NCBI GenBank assembly: GCA_028534125.1
Contig: CM052818.1
Coordinates: forward strand, 47,060,001-47,124,000
Direction of reading: 5' to 3'
Length of the DNA: 64,000 nucleotides
Origin: Lama glama
Taxonomy: Eukaryota
Shown here piece by piece: positions 52,890-64,000 of this stretch. How positions within the stretch are numbered: position 1 is the first letter of the stretch; the number at the start of each line of letters is the position of its first letter. A model generated the notes under the pieces. The model made no database searches. It had not been told where the DNA came from and saw only the letters and a program-made list of their open reading frames with translations. The position numbers were made by a program, and so were the translations under genes.

Positions 52890-53659
52890 TAAAAATGGTT
52901 ACCGCAGAAAGTTTGGTGAACATCTATCACCTCATATAAATATGAAATTAAAGAAACAGAAAACAAAATATTTTTCTCTTTGTGATGAGAACTTAGGATT
53001 TACACTTTTCACGACTGTTATCTATAACGTTCAGCAGTGTTAATTATATTGATCGTGTTGTACGTTCTATCACTTATTTATCTTATAACTGGAGTTTGTA
53101 CTTTTGGACCACCTACATCCAACTTCCCCACCACCCACTGCCTCCTCCTCTGGGAACCACAATTCTGAGCTCTTTTCTGTGAGTTTGTTTGCTTTTGAAG
53201 TATAATTGGCCTACACTATGTTAATTCCTCAGGCACAACATAACTGTATGCATTTCACAACGAGCACCATGATGTCTAGTTACCCTCCGTCACCATACAA
53301 AGATGCTACATAATTATTGAGTATAGTCCCCACATTGCATTTCTCATACCTGTGACTCACTTATTTTGTAACTGAAGGTTTGTACCTCTTTATCTCCCTC
53401 ATCTATGTCTTCTCTCTCCCACTTACTGCCCTCCCCTCTGGCAACTACCTCTTCTTTCTCCGTATCTATGCGTCTGTTTCTGTCTTGTTATGTCTGTTCA
53501 TTTGTCATGTTTTTTAGATTCCATATATCAGTGAAATCGCACAGGATATCTCTTTCTCTGTCTGACTAGTTTCACTTAGCTCAATACCCTCTGGGTCCAT
53601 CCATGTTGTCGCAATGGTCAAAATTTCATTCTTTTTTATAACTGAGTAATATTCTGTCG

Positions 53660-53694
<35 letters not shown>

Positions 53695-55125
53695 CTCACT
53701 TCTTTATTCATCTGCTGATGGACACTTAGGCACTTAGGTTGCTCCCATATTTTAGCTACCGTGAATAATGCTGCCGTGGACATAGGGGTGCATGTATCTC
53801 TTGGATTCAGTGTTATCATTTTCTTCAGATAATTACCCAGGAGTGGAATTGCTGGATCACACAGTAGTTCTAGCTTTAATTTCTTGAGAAATTTCCATAT
53901 TGCTTTTCATAGTGGCTGCAACAATTTACAATTCCACCAACAGTGCACAAGGGTTGCCTTTTCTTCACATTCTTGCCAACTCTTGTTATTTGTTGTCTTT
54001 TTGATGATGGCTATTGTGACAGGTGTGAGGTGACATTTCATTGTGGGTTTTATTTGCATTTCCCTGATGATTAGTGACATTGAGCGTCTTTTCACGTGCC
54101 TGTTGGCCATCTGTATGTCTTCTTTGGAAAAATGTCTATTCAGGGTCTGTGCCCATTTTTTAATTGGGTTACTTGCTGTTTTGAAGTTGAGTTGTGTGAG
54201 TTCTTTCTGTATTTTGAATATTAACCCTTATTGGACATACAATTTGCAAATATCTTCAGCCATTCAGGAGGCAGCCCTGCCCTTTTGTTGATCGTTTCCT
54301 TTGCTCTGTAAAAGCTTTGTAGTTTGCATAGTCCCATTTGTTTGTTTTTGCTTTCGTTTCCCTTGCCTGAGGAGACAGATCCAAAAAATATTGCTAAGAT
54401 TGATGCCAAAGATTTTACTGCCTGTGTTTTCTTCTAGAAGTTTAATGGTTACAGGTCTTACTTTATGTCTTTCATTCATTTTAAGTTTCCCGAGCCCCAG
54501 CACTAATAAGTTAGAGGGAGGATCCCAAAGTGGTGCTTGTCAGCACCAGTGTCCTCGCGTGGGATGGGCTTCCCAACACGTCCGCTACAGACTCTGTGTC
54601 CCCAGGGTGAGTCCTGCTTGCCTCCTGCCTGCACCATCCACCTGCCCTGGGAGGCTCTCCAAGATCAGCAAGTGGGTCTGACGCAGGCTCCTTTCAAATG
54701 ACTGCCTCTGCCCTGGACGCAGAGCATGAGAGATTTTGTGTGCACCTGTTTCCCACAGCCCTCTGGCTCTCCCAAAAGTAAGCCCCACTGTCCTTCAAAG
54801 CCAAACGCTCTGGGTGCTCATCGTCTTGGTGCAGGACCTTTGGGCTGGGGATCCCCATGTGGGGCTCAGACGCCTTGTTCCATAGGGAGAACCTCTACAG
54901 TTGTAATTATCCTCCCATTTCCGGGTCCCCTACCAGGGGTATGGATCTTGACTGTACTGCATCTCTGCCCTCTCCTACCCATCTTGTGTGATCCCTTCTT
55001 CACATCTCTGGTTGTAGAAGACTTTTCTGCTCATCTACTCATTCTCATGAGTTGCTCTGTGGATAGTGGTGTGTCTGTGAGAGGTGGTGGGCTCAGGGTC
55101 TTCCTCCTCTGCCATCTTGGCCACT
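52890..55125 (-). mobile_element. L1MA9-like element: 5' UTR fused to ORF2 C-terminus and 3' UTR
   Basis: ORF2 peptides [21 protein letters not shown]...[14 protein letters not shown] and KVRPVTIKLLEEN; L1 5' start ccaagatggcagaggaggaagaccctgagc at about 55120 on the minus strand. Confidence 0.85.
53663..53692 (+). repeat. (AC)15 microsatellite
   Basis: Perfect dinucleotide run inside L1. Confidence 0.95.
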
Positions 55126-56751
55126 ATTTTCTCTTTGTTTTCATTTTAATTTGTCATTATTAGCGTGATTGGAGATTTTCTCTCATACGTAAATTCGATA
55201 CCTGCCCCTCCATGCCCATAACTTTTCCAGTTTGCTAAGAGTCATCTTGTCCTTGGAAGTTGATACAAGGTTTGGCTTTTCCGTCCTTTTCATCGATTCC
55301 TTACAGTGCCTGTGGGGATCTTGTGGCTGGGAGCTGGGGAGGCTTATGTTTTCCCTGGTCACCTCTTGCTCTGTGTTCCTGCTTCTCCTATCCCATTCCC
55401 ACTGCCTTCACCTTCTGAGTGTCCTGGGTTTTTTTTTTTTTTGCGCGCTTTTCATACGGGGTGGGGGGAACACTCTGAAATTTTGGGCTCTCAGAGCACC
55501 ACTGACCCAATGGGAGGATGCAGCAAACTCTTCCAAACGTGGGAAGAGTGAGGTGGTTATACTGGAGCAACAGCTACTCACCACCGAGCCCAGGAGGCAG
55601 CTGAAGATCTTGTGTTACAGGTCCCTCTACTCAGGGGTCTCTTGCTAGCCTCAATATGGGGGCTCTTCCCCGATGGACTCTTCCATCTGGGCGCAGACGT
55701 TCTGCCGTGTTGCTCAGCTCTCTTTCCTTCAACCCCATCTCTGAAATTCCTCATCACATCCCATCCACGGCGCACTGGCTCCACCCCCTCACTGCAGCCT
55801 GTTCAGACCTTGTCAAGAGAGCACCTCATCTTTCTCACCAAACATTTTTCAAAGACATTGTTTTCTGGAAAGAAAGAAAAAAAATTTTTTTCTGTCTTAA
55901 GGATGGTACATTGGAAAACTGCAGGGGGCACCTTTCACAGAAAAATGCTATGAGCAGGTCTTGGATCTGGCTGCCGCGGAAGCGTAGGTCTTGGTGTAGT
56001 GCAGACGTCAGCTCTTTGACTTTTAACGTATGCCTTCAACTCACGCTTTCTCATTTGTCATTTGTCTTAAAATATTTGTTGTTTTATCCTGCTGTGAAAA
56101 CATATTTATATACATAAAACCTATATTTGGAATTGAATATACAATTTTTCCTTTATGTGTGTTTATTATTCAGGCTTATTTAGGAAATTCTTCCTTGCCT
56201 AAAGTTTATAAAATACCACTTACATTTGCTATGAGTGCATTTCTTTTATTGTGTTCTTTCTTTCTTTTTTTTTTTTTTTTTAATCTGTGATCCTGGTGGA
56301 AACATTTCGTTGTAAGAGGACTCTGCATTCCTCTCCCACTTGCCAAGGAACTTGTCTGACATCATTTACTGGTTAAAGAATTATTCTCTGTTGAGTTGGA
56401 ATACCATTTTTTTTTTTACATTCACTTACTAGATTGCTGTTTATACTTGAGTCTTTATCTGGATTTGAGTTTAATATTAAATTCTTATCTGAATCCTTTC
56501 TCTCCCTGTCCTGTGTCTTTTATATGTTGCCAGCTGCATCGTTTATTAACTCTTTAACATTAATATCCTTCATAACATCTACTTGCTGAAAAATGAGATT
56601 ATCTATACCCTCCACTCCCAGTCGTGATTTCATTTTATCTCCGTTATTCTAAAGGCATTATCTTGGGATTCAAGGTCCTGGACTGCCAGAGTGATGTGGG
56701 ATCTGAGGGTCTTCTGGGCTCAGCTCCCTCGTGCCATGAATGGGGAAACTG

Positions 56752-56940
56752 AGGACGTAAGAACTTAGCAACTGGCAAGCGGGGCCTGGGGCTGCTGGGC
56801 TAGGGTTGGCCGGTGGCTGGGAGGCGTGGCCTGCAGCCGGGAGGTGGAGCCTGTGGCTGGGAGGCGGGGCCTGCACGCACTGCAGCTGTGGGTTGCGCTT
56901 GGCCTGAGCTCGCTGCCCCGCTGCAGACAAGGCTGGGGTG
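56752..56940. promoter_or_regulatory. Candidate promoter/enhancer with tandem GC boxes
   Basis: Locally CpG-enriched, with three 20-bp units containing Sp/KLF-type boxes and an RFX half-site TAGCAAC. Confidence 0.4.
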
Positions 56941-58878
56941 TGAGGACCAGCGGGTATAGGATGCTCAAGCCAGGGGTTGGGGAGTAGGGAGGGAGGGGAG
57001 GTGTGGAGGGGAGGGGTGGGGGGGCAGCAGGGCGGTGGAGTTGACAGTGTTGGGGGTTCTTAGCAGGGCCAGGATTGAAGTCAAGTTTATGCCTCCTCAG
57101 AATGCTTTTGCCTGTCCCCTTCATCTTTATTTCTACCACGCATATCTGGCCGTTTACCTTTTTGCTCGTTGTGCCAGCCCCCTTCTCGCCGTCCCGGTAA
57201 AGCTACGCAGACCTTCTAACATGCTATTGGCAAAGCAGAAGAGAAGCAAGAGAGAAGAGAGGACGGCATGTTGCCTGTGTGGAAAATTCTGTCCTGTTAC
57301 AGCCCCTGGGCTTTGCCTGAGCTACTCGGGGAGTCAGAACACCGTGAGGTCAGGGCCACCTGGCTCTGGAGGCCCTCTGACCCAGGGCAGCTTAAGGTGG
57401 AGGTGGCTGTTCTCCACTCCTGGTGCAGGACCCCAGGATGCCCGCTGACCCAGAGCCCGTAGGCAGGGTCCACGAGGGCAGCACCAGGTCCTGGTGCCCA
57501 GAGATGAGGGTGCTGGAAATGGATCAGAGATCAACAGACTCACAGGGCTGGTCCCTGAAAGAGCAGGCACATTGCCTGCTATGTGGGTCCAAAGGCAGGA
57601 AGAACAAGGGCCTAAGGGTAGGGCGAATGTGTCTGTTTTGTGATGTGCTGCAGAGATGAGATGTGAATGGTGTGGTGAGAAGGGGGAAATGCATGGATGC
57701 TGAGAGAACAGCATTTGGAGAGGAAAATACTGGGTGAAAAACGTGGACCCTCTCCTGGCTGTCGGGGGAATGGTGCCTGCTTTTACTAGGGAAGATGCTG
57801 GAGGTGCGAGATTTCTGGAACTGCCCCCTTCTGAGTATTTCCCGGGTACCTGACGCCTGGGCCTTGGCTGGGAGAGACTGGAACCTGGTGACCCCAGAGG
57901 CCACGATGTGCTGCTTCCCCCAGTTTCCTGAGCAGCCCTCAGGCACCGTAGCCTCGAGGCTGCTTGGTACTGGAGAGGAAGACAATGGCTGATACCTGTG
58001 GCCACGGACACTTGTTTAAAAGCTCATAGAGGACCTTCTGAGGTCTTCCAGAAATAATAGGGGACATTTTTCAGGGGGATATAATTCCTACTTTGTGAAG
58101 AGGAGCCATGCAAATTTTAAAGCCTGAGCAATATACATTTTGCCAATCATGTCACCCTATTTATCTTCTTTTTGACCTCACTTTTAATACCAAGTGGAGG
58201 CGGCCTGAGAATCCTTGGGTTACGTGCATGTTCCCACGTCGCCTCGACACACAGTTAGTGGAGCTGCAACACTTTGAAGATCAGCCCTATTCGAAATATG
58301 CTGCCTTTGCTCCCACGTACGCGGCCTGCAGGTTTTCAGGGCTGAGGCCTGTCAGGACAGGACGCAGAAGCGAGCTGTGGGAAAGCGTGGTGATGCTTGG
58401 CAACGAAGGGAGTGTCCCTTCTGAACACACCTTCAAAGCCGGTTCCCGTGGAAATCACGCTAAGTTTGTCATAAAAACAAGGAGCAGGTATGTAAAATGC
58501 TCATAATTCTACAATGAATTATAAAATACAAAATCTCAGCAGTTCTATTCTAAGATTACATTACTATGTAAATATTAACAGCTGGGGATATTGAGTAAAA
58601 ATAGTTACTTCCCTTGGTAAGTACCTCCCCTGTAGCTGCCTTGGAGCCCTCCCCCTGGATCGGAGGAGGCAGAGTGCCCCCTCTCCTGCTGGTGAGAGGG
58701 CCAAGATGCCTGGCTGCTTTGGGCTAGTTTATCATTTTTCTTCGTGGACCTCCACCATTTTGGTCATTAATCAGTGACGTTGGCAGGAAGTCACTCAGGA
58801 GGGTGGGTTCGGGCACCGTTTTGGAAAGCACGTGCTGTTTTGCCTACACGGGGATTGGAGAAGCCCCACAGAGGCAGG

Positions 58879-59203
58879 CTGTTATGGGCTGAATGCGTGC
58901 TTCACCCCCAGACTCAGCCTTGAAGCCCTGACCTGTAATGTACGGCATTGGGAGGTGGGGCCTTTGGGAGGTGATTGCGTTTGGATAAGAAAGAAAGAAG
59001 GCACTGGAGTGTCCTCTCTCTGCCCCGGGAAGACAAAGCAAAAAGCCACCATCTGCAAGCCAGGAAGAGGGCCCTCGCCGGACACCGAGTCTGCCGGCGC
59101 TGGGACCACGGACTCAGCCTCCAGAGCTGTGAGACAGTTGTCACTTGCTCAAGTCCCCCAGTGGATGGTATTTGGCTACTTGCCAGCCCAGGTAGACGAA
59201 GGC
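58879..59203 (+). mobile_element. MLT1A-like solo LTR
   Basis: tgttatgggctgaatg...ggaggtggggcctttgggaggtgatt...catctgcaagccaggaagagggccctc...cagcctccagagctgtgaga. Confidence 0.88.
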
Positions 59204-59254
59204 AGAGCAGGAAGCTCCAGTGTCCGGGGGAGCTGGTCCCCAGGCTCGCCTCCC

Positions 59255-59475
59255 CGCCGCAGCCTAACTGGATAACCTTGTTCGTCTCTGACCCCTAGTT
59301 TCCTCTGCTTCAAAGCAGAGGTACTAATACTTTCACTGTAGGACTGTTGCTCCGTTTAGAACAGCACACCCAACGCTCCACTCCCTCGTCCCCTCCGCGT
59401 GTATATAATGCATCCAGCACTGTGTGCAGCTGGTACATGGTTGGACCTCAGTATGTAATTCTTATTGTTTATTGT
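59255..59475 (+). mobile_element. MIR fragment
   Basis: ctctgacccctagtttcctctgcttcaaa...cagcactgtgtgcagctggtacatgg. Confidence 0.55.
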
Positions 59476-60829
59476 TTTATAAGAATAGAAACTCTTCCAG
59501 AGCTGCCATCTATGTGGTGACGTGAGGTGCTAAAGGCGACATTTAGAAATTGGACTTCCAATTGGAGACGCTAAGTATCTTTTAGAGGTACTTGTGGGGG
59601 GGGGGTTCAAATTTGGCTTCTTTCTAGGATACTTGAATACGGAAGCTCAAAAGGTAACATCCATTCTACCCTAGAGGTGAGCATCCAATAATAAGCCCCT
59701 ATGAATCGTAAAGAAAAATTGCTGCATACAGCTTTCCCACTTTTTGATTAATGGGATCCGATGCCGCTGTGATGGTATTTAGTAAATTATAATGCTCCCA
59801 TTAAATTACAGTCCTGTGGCAAGTAGCTGTGAATTCAATTATGCTACTTCGCTTTTAGCTATCTCTGCATATTTCATCAAAAGCTGGTTTGCCAGTGATG
59901 GCAAGGGCTTCATAGTCTCTACAAGGAGAAGGACATACTAGGGGAAACTTGGGTTGAAAGTCAACCAGTGAGTGGGAGGCTCACCAAAGTCCCATGTTAG
60001 CCATTGTGTCCTCCTCTGCTGACGTGGGGCTGCCCGAGACCTTCTGACCTGGGGAGGCTGCCTTCTGTGCTGTTCCGTCTGTCCAGGCCCGCTCTCCAGC
60101 TGCCCAGAGAGGAGAGCAGCGGGTGGGTCCCCTCAACTCTCAGGTGAAACATGCTGTCAAAGGTGGGTCCCGCCTGGGAAAAGGGAGGCTTCAGTGCACT
60201 GGGCTCAGGTGTATGTCTGCCAGGAAACCTCCAGGGCAAATCAGCCCCCAGAGAACAAAGACTCCGGGAAACCCGAGGGTCCCCTTTGAAGGATTCAAGT
60301 TTCTTTAGGGGAGAGGATCTGAATTCAATTGCTCCTCTGAGGGGCACTGAAACTCCAAGGCAGACCAAGAAGTCTTCAAAGCAAGGTCAAAGGCAGCACG
60401 GTATGTTGGCATGACCCAAAGAAGTGACGGGCTGGGGGCTGCAAGCTCTTTATAAGAGGGCGGAGATCACAGTAAAATGAAAAGAGAGGCTGTGTGGGAA
60501 GAAGCGAGCTGTTCTTACTGGCAGAAATACAACGGGGAAAGACCTTGGTTGGTAGGTCCTAGGGCGGGAAAGCGAGCAGCAGTTTGACAAAGTGGAAGCC
60601 CCCTTGGCTGCGGAGTTTTGTTTAAGGCCAGGGTCAAGTCCCTGCCTTGGTGCTCACAACGGGCTGACCCTGAACTAGATCTTCATCTGCAAGTGGAAAT
60701 AAGGACCCTTTCGTACGTGTTTTGAGAGCCCTCAAAAACCCACCTGCAGCATCCTGACACAACGCGACTGGACAGTGAAAGACGCCGGGGTCGCTGGAGC
60801 CAAAGTGCCATCCGTGGTCTGGGTTTTGT

Positions 60830-61045
60830 CTCCTCTGCTGACTGGTGGTGTGGTTTGGGGCAAGCCCTTCCACTGGCCTAGGCCTCAGTTTCCTCACCTG
60901 GAATGGGGCCAGCAACATGACTCACCTCAAAGTGTCGATGTGAAGAGTAAGTAAAAAAAAGAGTAAATGGATAATGCATGTAATATACTCGCAGCAGTGC
61001 CTGACACTGAAGAATGCTACTGCTTAAGTGCCTGTTATTATTGTG
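60830..61045 (+). mobile_element. MIR fragment
   Basis: ggcctcagtttcctcacctggaatgggg...gcagtgcctgacac. Confidence 0.7.
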
Positions 61046-61767
61046 ACGAGGCACATTTTTATTATCACTATATGGTCTTGATGGAATGTTGTGTAAGGGA
61101 ATCACGGGCAAGGACAGGATGCTGGAGAGGGACCAACAGCTGTCTCCACTTTACGGTGTCAAACGACCTTGATTCCTTTCCCACCTGAGAGAGGCCATGC
61201 TTTCCAACACCGTCCATCCAACTGTGACGCAGAGCTGGGGCTGGAATTCCATCCCGTTCCATACCCTAGTACCTCCTCTTAAACATCCGTTGCTACGCAA
61301 CCAGGATGAAACCTGAGTGTCGAACTGGCTCCTTATCTCTAGGACTTGATTCATTCATTTATTAATCAAGGTTAATACCAGGATACTATAAAGCCTGGCT
61401 GGGGCCACCGCTGGGAGTATTTGAACAGCCGTGCCGCTGAAGGCACCCAGGGCAGAGAAGCCGTGTATTGAGAGGGAAAAAGGAAATCCCAGAATCGACA
61501 GCTACAGAGAGATGATGTGATGCCTGCAAAGTTCCAGAAGGCCCGTGTGCTGGACGTGAAAAGATTTCACTGATATCTGGGTCTCCCAACCACTGGTCAG
61601 AGCATTGAGCTCTGCTTCCTGGAAGCTGCGTGTGGACGTGCAGAGAGAGGAGATGCAGGTAAGTTATCACTTCTTGGGACACAGTTCTGCGCCCGCTCCC
61701 CGCCCTGGCTACCCACAGCAGAAGTGTTTGTTGGCACAGAAGTGCCGAGAGAGTAAAACATTCTGGC

Positions 61768-61978
61768 TTTCTTTCTTTCTTTTTTTTAATTGAAGTGCAG
61801 TCAGTTACAATGTGTCAATCTCTGGTGTACAGCACAATGTCCCAGTCCTGCATTTACATATATACATATATTCCTTTTCATATTTTTTCCATCAAAGGTT
61901 ATTACAAGATACTGAACATAGTTCCCTGTGCTGTACAGAAGAAAAATTTTTAAAAATCTATTTTTATATATAGCGGCT
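61768..61978 (-). mobile_element. Young camelid-type L1 3' end with TSD
   Basis: Poly-T, then aattgaagtgcagtcagttacaatgtgtc...gttccctgtgctgtacag. An 11-bp TSD aacattctggc lies at 61757-61767 and 61979-61989. Confidence 0.92.
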
Positions 61979-64000
61979 AACATTCTGGCGTTCTGAGCTC
62001 ACCCAAGGCGGTAGCGGTCTTGGAGAGGCGCTAAACTCCTCTTTGGTGAACCGCTGTTATTTCGGTTTTGTTCTTTTCTTTTGTATTTATCTCTCTTTCA
62101 AAAGGAAGCGTAAATAGTCTGTCCTGACTGAAATTATGTGGTTTGTAAAGGCACAGGTCTGAGTAAAAAGTGATCGCTAGGAATTCGCTTCCACCTCCTG
62201 CACGTGATCAATCCAGGCTGTTCATTTTTATCGTGCTGTTAGGTAAGCAGACTGGGGCGATGATGTCATGTCACTACCTAGCTTTCATTACACTTTTTGA
62301 GAAGATATTCATTAAAGTCTCTTGCGCAAGAAGGAGATGTATGAGCTCGGTGCTACGACTGAAGTGGACTTTTAACACATTGATTAATGCATAGAAATAA
62401 ATCTGAGCTAAACCTCTGGTGAAGTGTCATTGGGATGTTCTGTGCTCTGCACCTGCCATAAAAAATGAATGGGTATGACCCAGGATTTATAATACTCTTG
62501 CTCAATGTCTACAACTAGATTAAATTAAAATTAAATTGTGTCCAGTTGTGCTTTTAATTTAATAGTATAACATAAATTTCCATTATCATTTACTACAATG
62601 TTATTTATTTTCTCAAAAGATTGGCCAACACCTAGTTGTCTGAGGGTAGAAGAATAGTTAAATACACTGTAATTTATGTTGTTAAAGAACATTGAACCTC
62701 ATGGGCTTCACTACAGATATAATATTAAATTAAAAAATAAACTAATTACAGGATTCTGTACAGTTTGATTCCAGTGTGGTTTAAAAAGAAAGAACCAAAA
62801 TATCAAAGGAGATTTTCTTTTGTTCTCTTTTCACATTTTCAACGTTTGTTTTTTTACATCAGTGGGTACTATTTTATAATGAAGGTAAAATGCTTTTTAA
62901 AAGAAAGGCAACTTTATATAATGACTTTAAGACTAGGGCAGACTCTTTTTTCCTCTGTGTAGATAAGATCTGTGCAAACTTTAATCCCACAGTTGAGTTT
63001 ATGCTGCGTACGATGATGTAGAAGATCTTGAAGTCTGTTTGGTGCTGCTGCAGGAGTTACTCTGCCTCTGATTTATGAGTTCATATTTTAATGTAGTTCA
63101 AACTATTTTCTGGAAAACTACATCATCAAATATAACTACCAGGCTGATTCAACATAGCAATAGTTGGAGAAGACTTGGCACGGAAGTACGTTTTCTATCT
63201 AAAGAAAGCCAGAATTTTCCTGACTTGAGGCATCCTTGAATATGCTTGTTTTCCAAGGAAGTACATGTAAATATCGATCTTGTTTTAATGAAATTAACAA
63301 GCAGGTGAATTTCAAATATATTTAAAAAGTACTTTTCAGTTTATAGGAAAGAACTTTTTCATTAGTCTTGTTGTTGACCTATTTGATTCCAGTGCTACAT
63401 CTAGTTTTTTCCCTAAACGTAAATAACTTGATGGGGGAGTTAATATTTTAATACTTTAAATGATACTTAAAACCGTGCTCAGAACTTGCTTGGCGAGCAT
63501 CTTCCTTTTAGCTTACTTGTTAAGTAGTTTACTTTAGCTTTTGCTGTTGAATTTTTACTACTTTAAAAAGGAAGAATTTGAAGTAGAATAAATTTCTCAC
63601 TTGCTCGATATTTTTAATACACTGTTATAACTTTCATTCTAAATGTTGTGTTCAGCTGGGCTATGTTGCACTGAAAAATACATATGTGAAAGATGGGTGA
63701 GTTAGCAGCATACTTTGGTTTCTCAGAAACTTGCTTGCTTTTAAATTTGGAAGCTTCTCAGGACCTTATAAATGCTTTATTTAATAGAATGCATTTGGGG
63801 AGATGTACTTTGATTTTTAAAGGATTTCTCCCACTGTAAGATCCTATTGCTGTGTGGTTCCCAGTGGTTCATTTGAGATTTCTTTATGGCTCATAGCTTG
63901 AAATCAAAGATACTTGATAAAAATAAAATGAAAATCTTCATAACAGGCATTTAAAGAACTTCCTTGAAAAATATATCAGAAAAAAATCCCCTGGATTTTC

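Noticed and set aside
53514..54503. ORFs with L1 ORF2 similarity
   Set aside because: Frameshifted retrotransposon remnants, not a functional CDS.
57334..58011. 225-aa minus-strand ORF
   Set aside because: Non-ATG start, low-information composition and no recognisable homology.
60335..60660. Possible ancient LTR-like segment
   Set aside because: Only a vague resemblance; family and termini cannot be supported.
1..64000. Prokaryote-type systems (CRISPR arrays, operons, defence loci)
   Set aside because: The sequence is mammalian; there are no repeat-spacer arrays or dense ORF blocks.

Overview
This is a mammalian genomic window, most likely camelid. The evidence is a Vic-1-type tRNA-derived SINE at 39607-39753 plus several cetartiodactyl-type L1 3' ends. 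It is intronic/intergenic and repeat-rich. It contains old L1M/HAL1/L2/MIR fragments, MaLR, ERVL and ERV1 LTRs and small DNA-transposon MITEs. It also has a near-continuous nested LINE block at about 43-56.6 kb and two 500-N placeholder gaps. I recognise no protein-coding gene; the only ORF-track peptides I can identify are L1 ORF2 C-terminal fragments. The items most worth follow-up are: a MER41-like solo LTR carrying STAT-type and octamer motifs; a clear L1 3'-transduction signature; a promoter-like 20-bp GC-box tandem array followed by a G-quadruplex tract; unannotated exon-like segments with strong splice signals; and an L1 with both ends but a large internal deletion. I see no convincing evidence of a novel multi-gene system. 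Repeat family names come from my recall of consensus sequences, so they need RepeatMasker/Dfam confirmation, and most boundaries are approximate.
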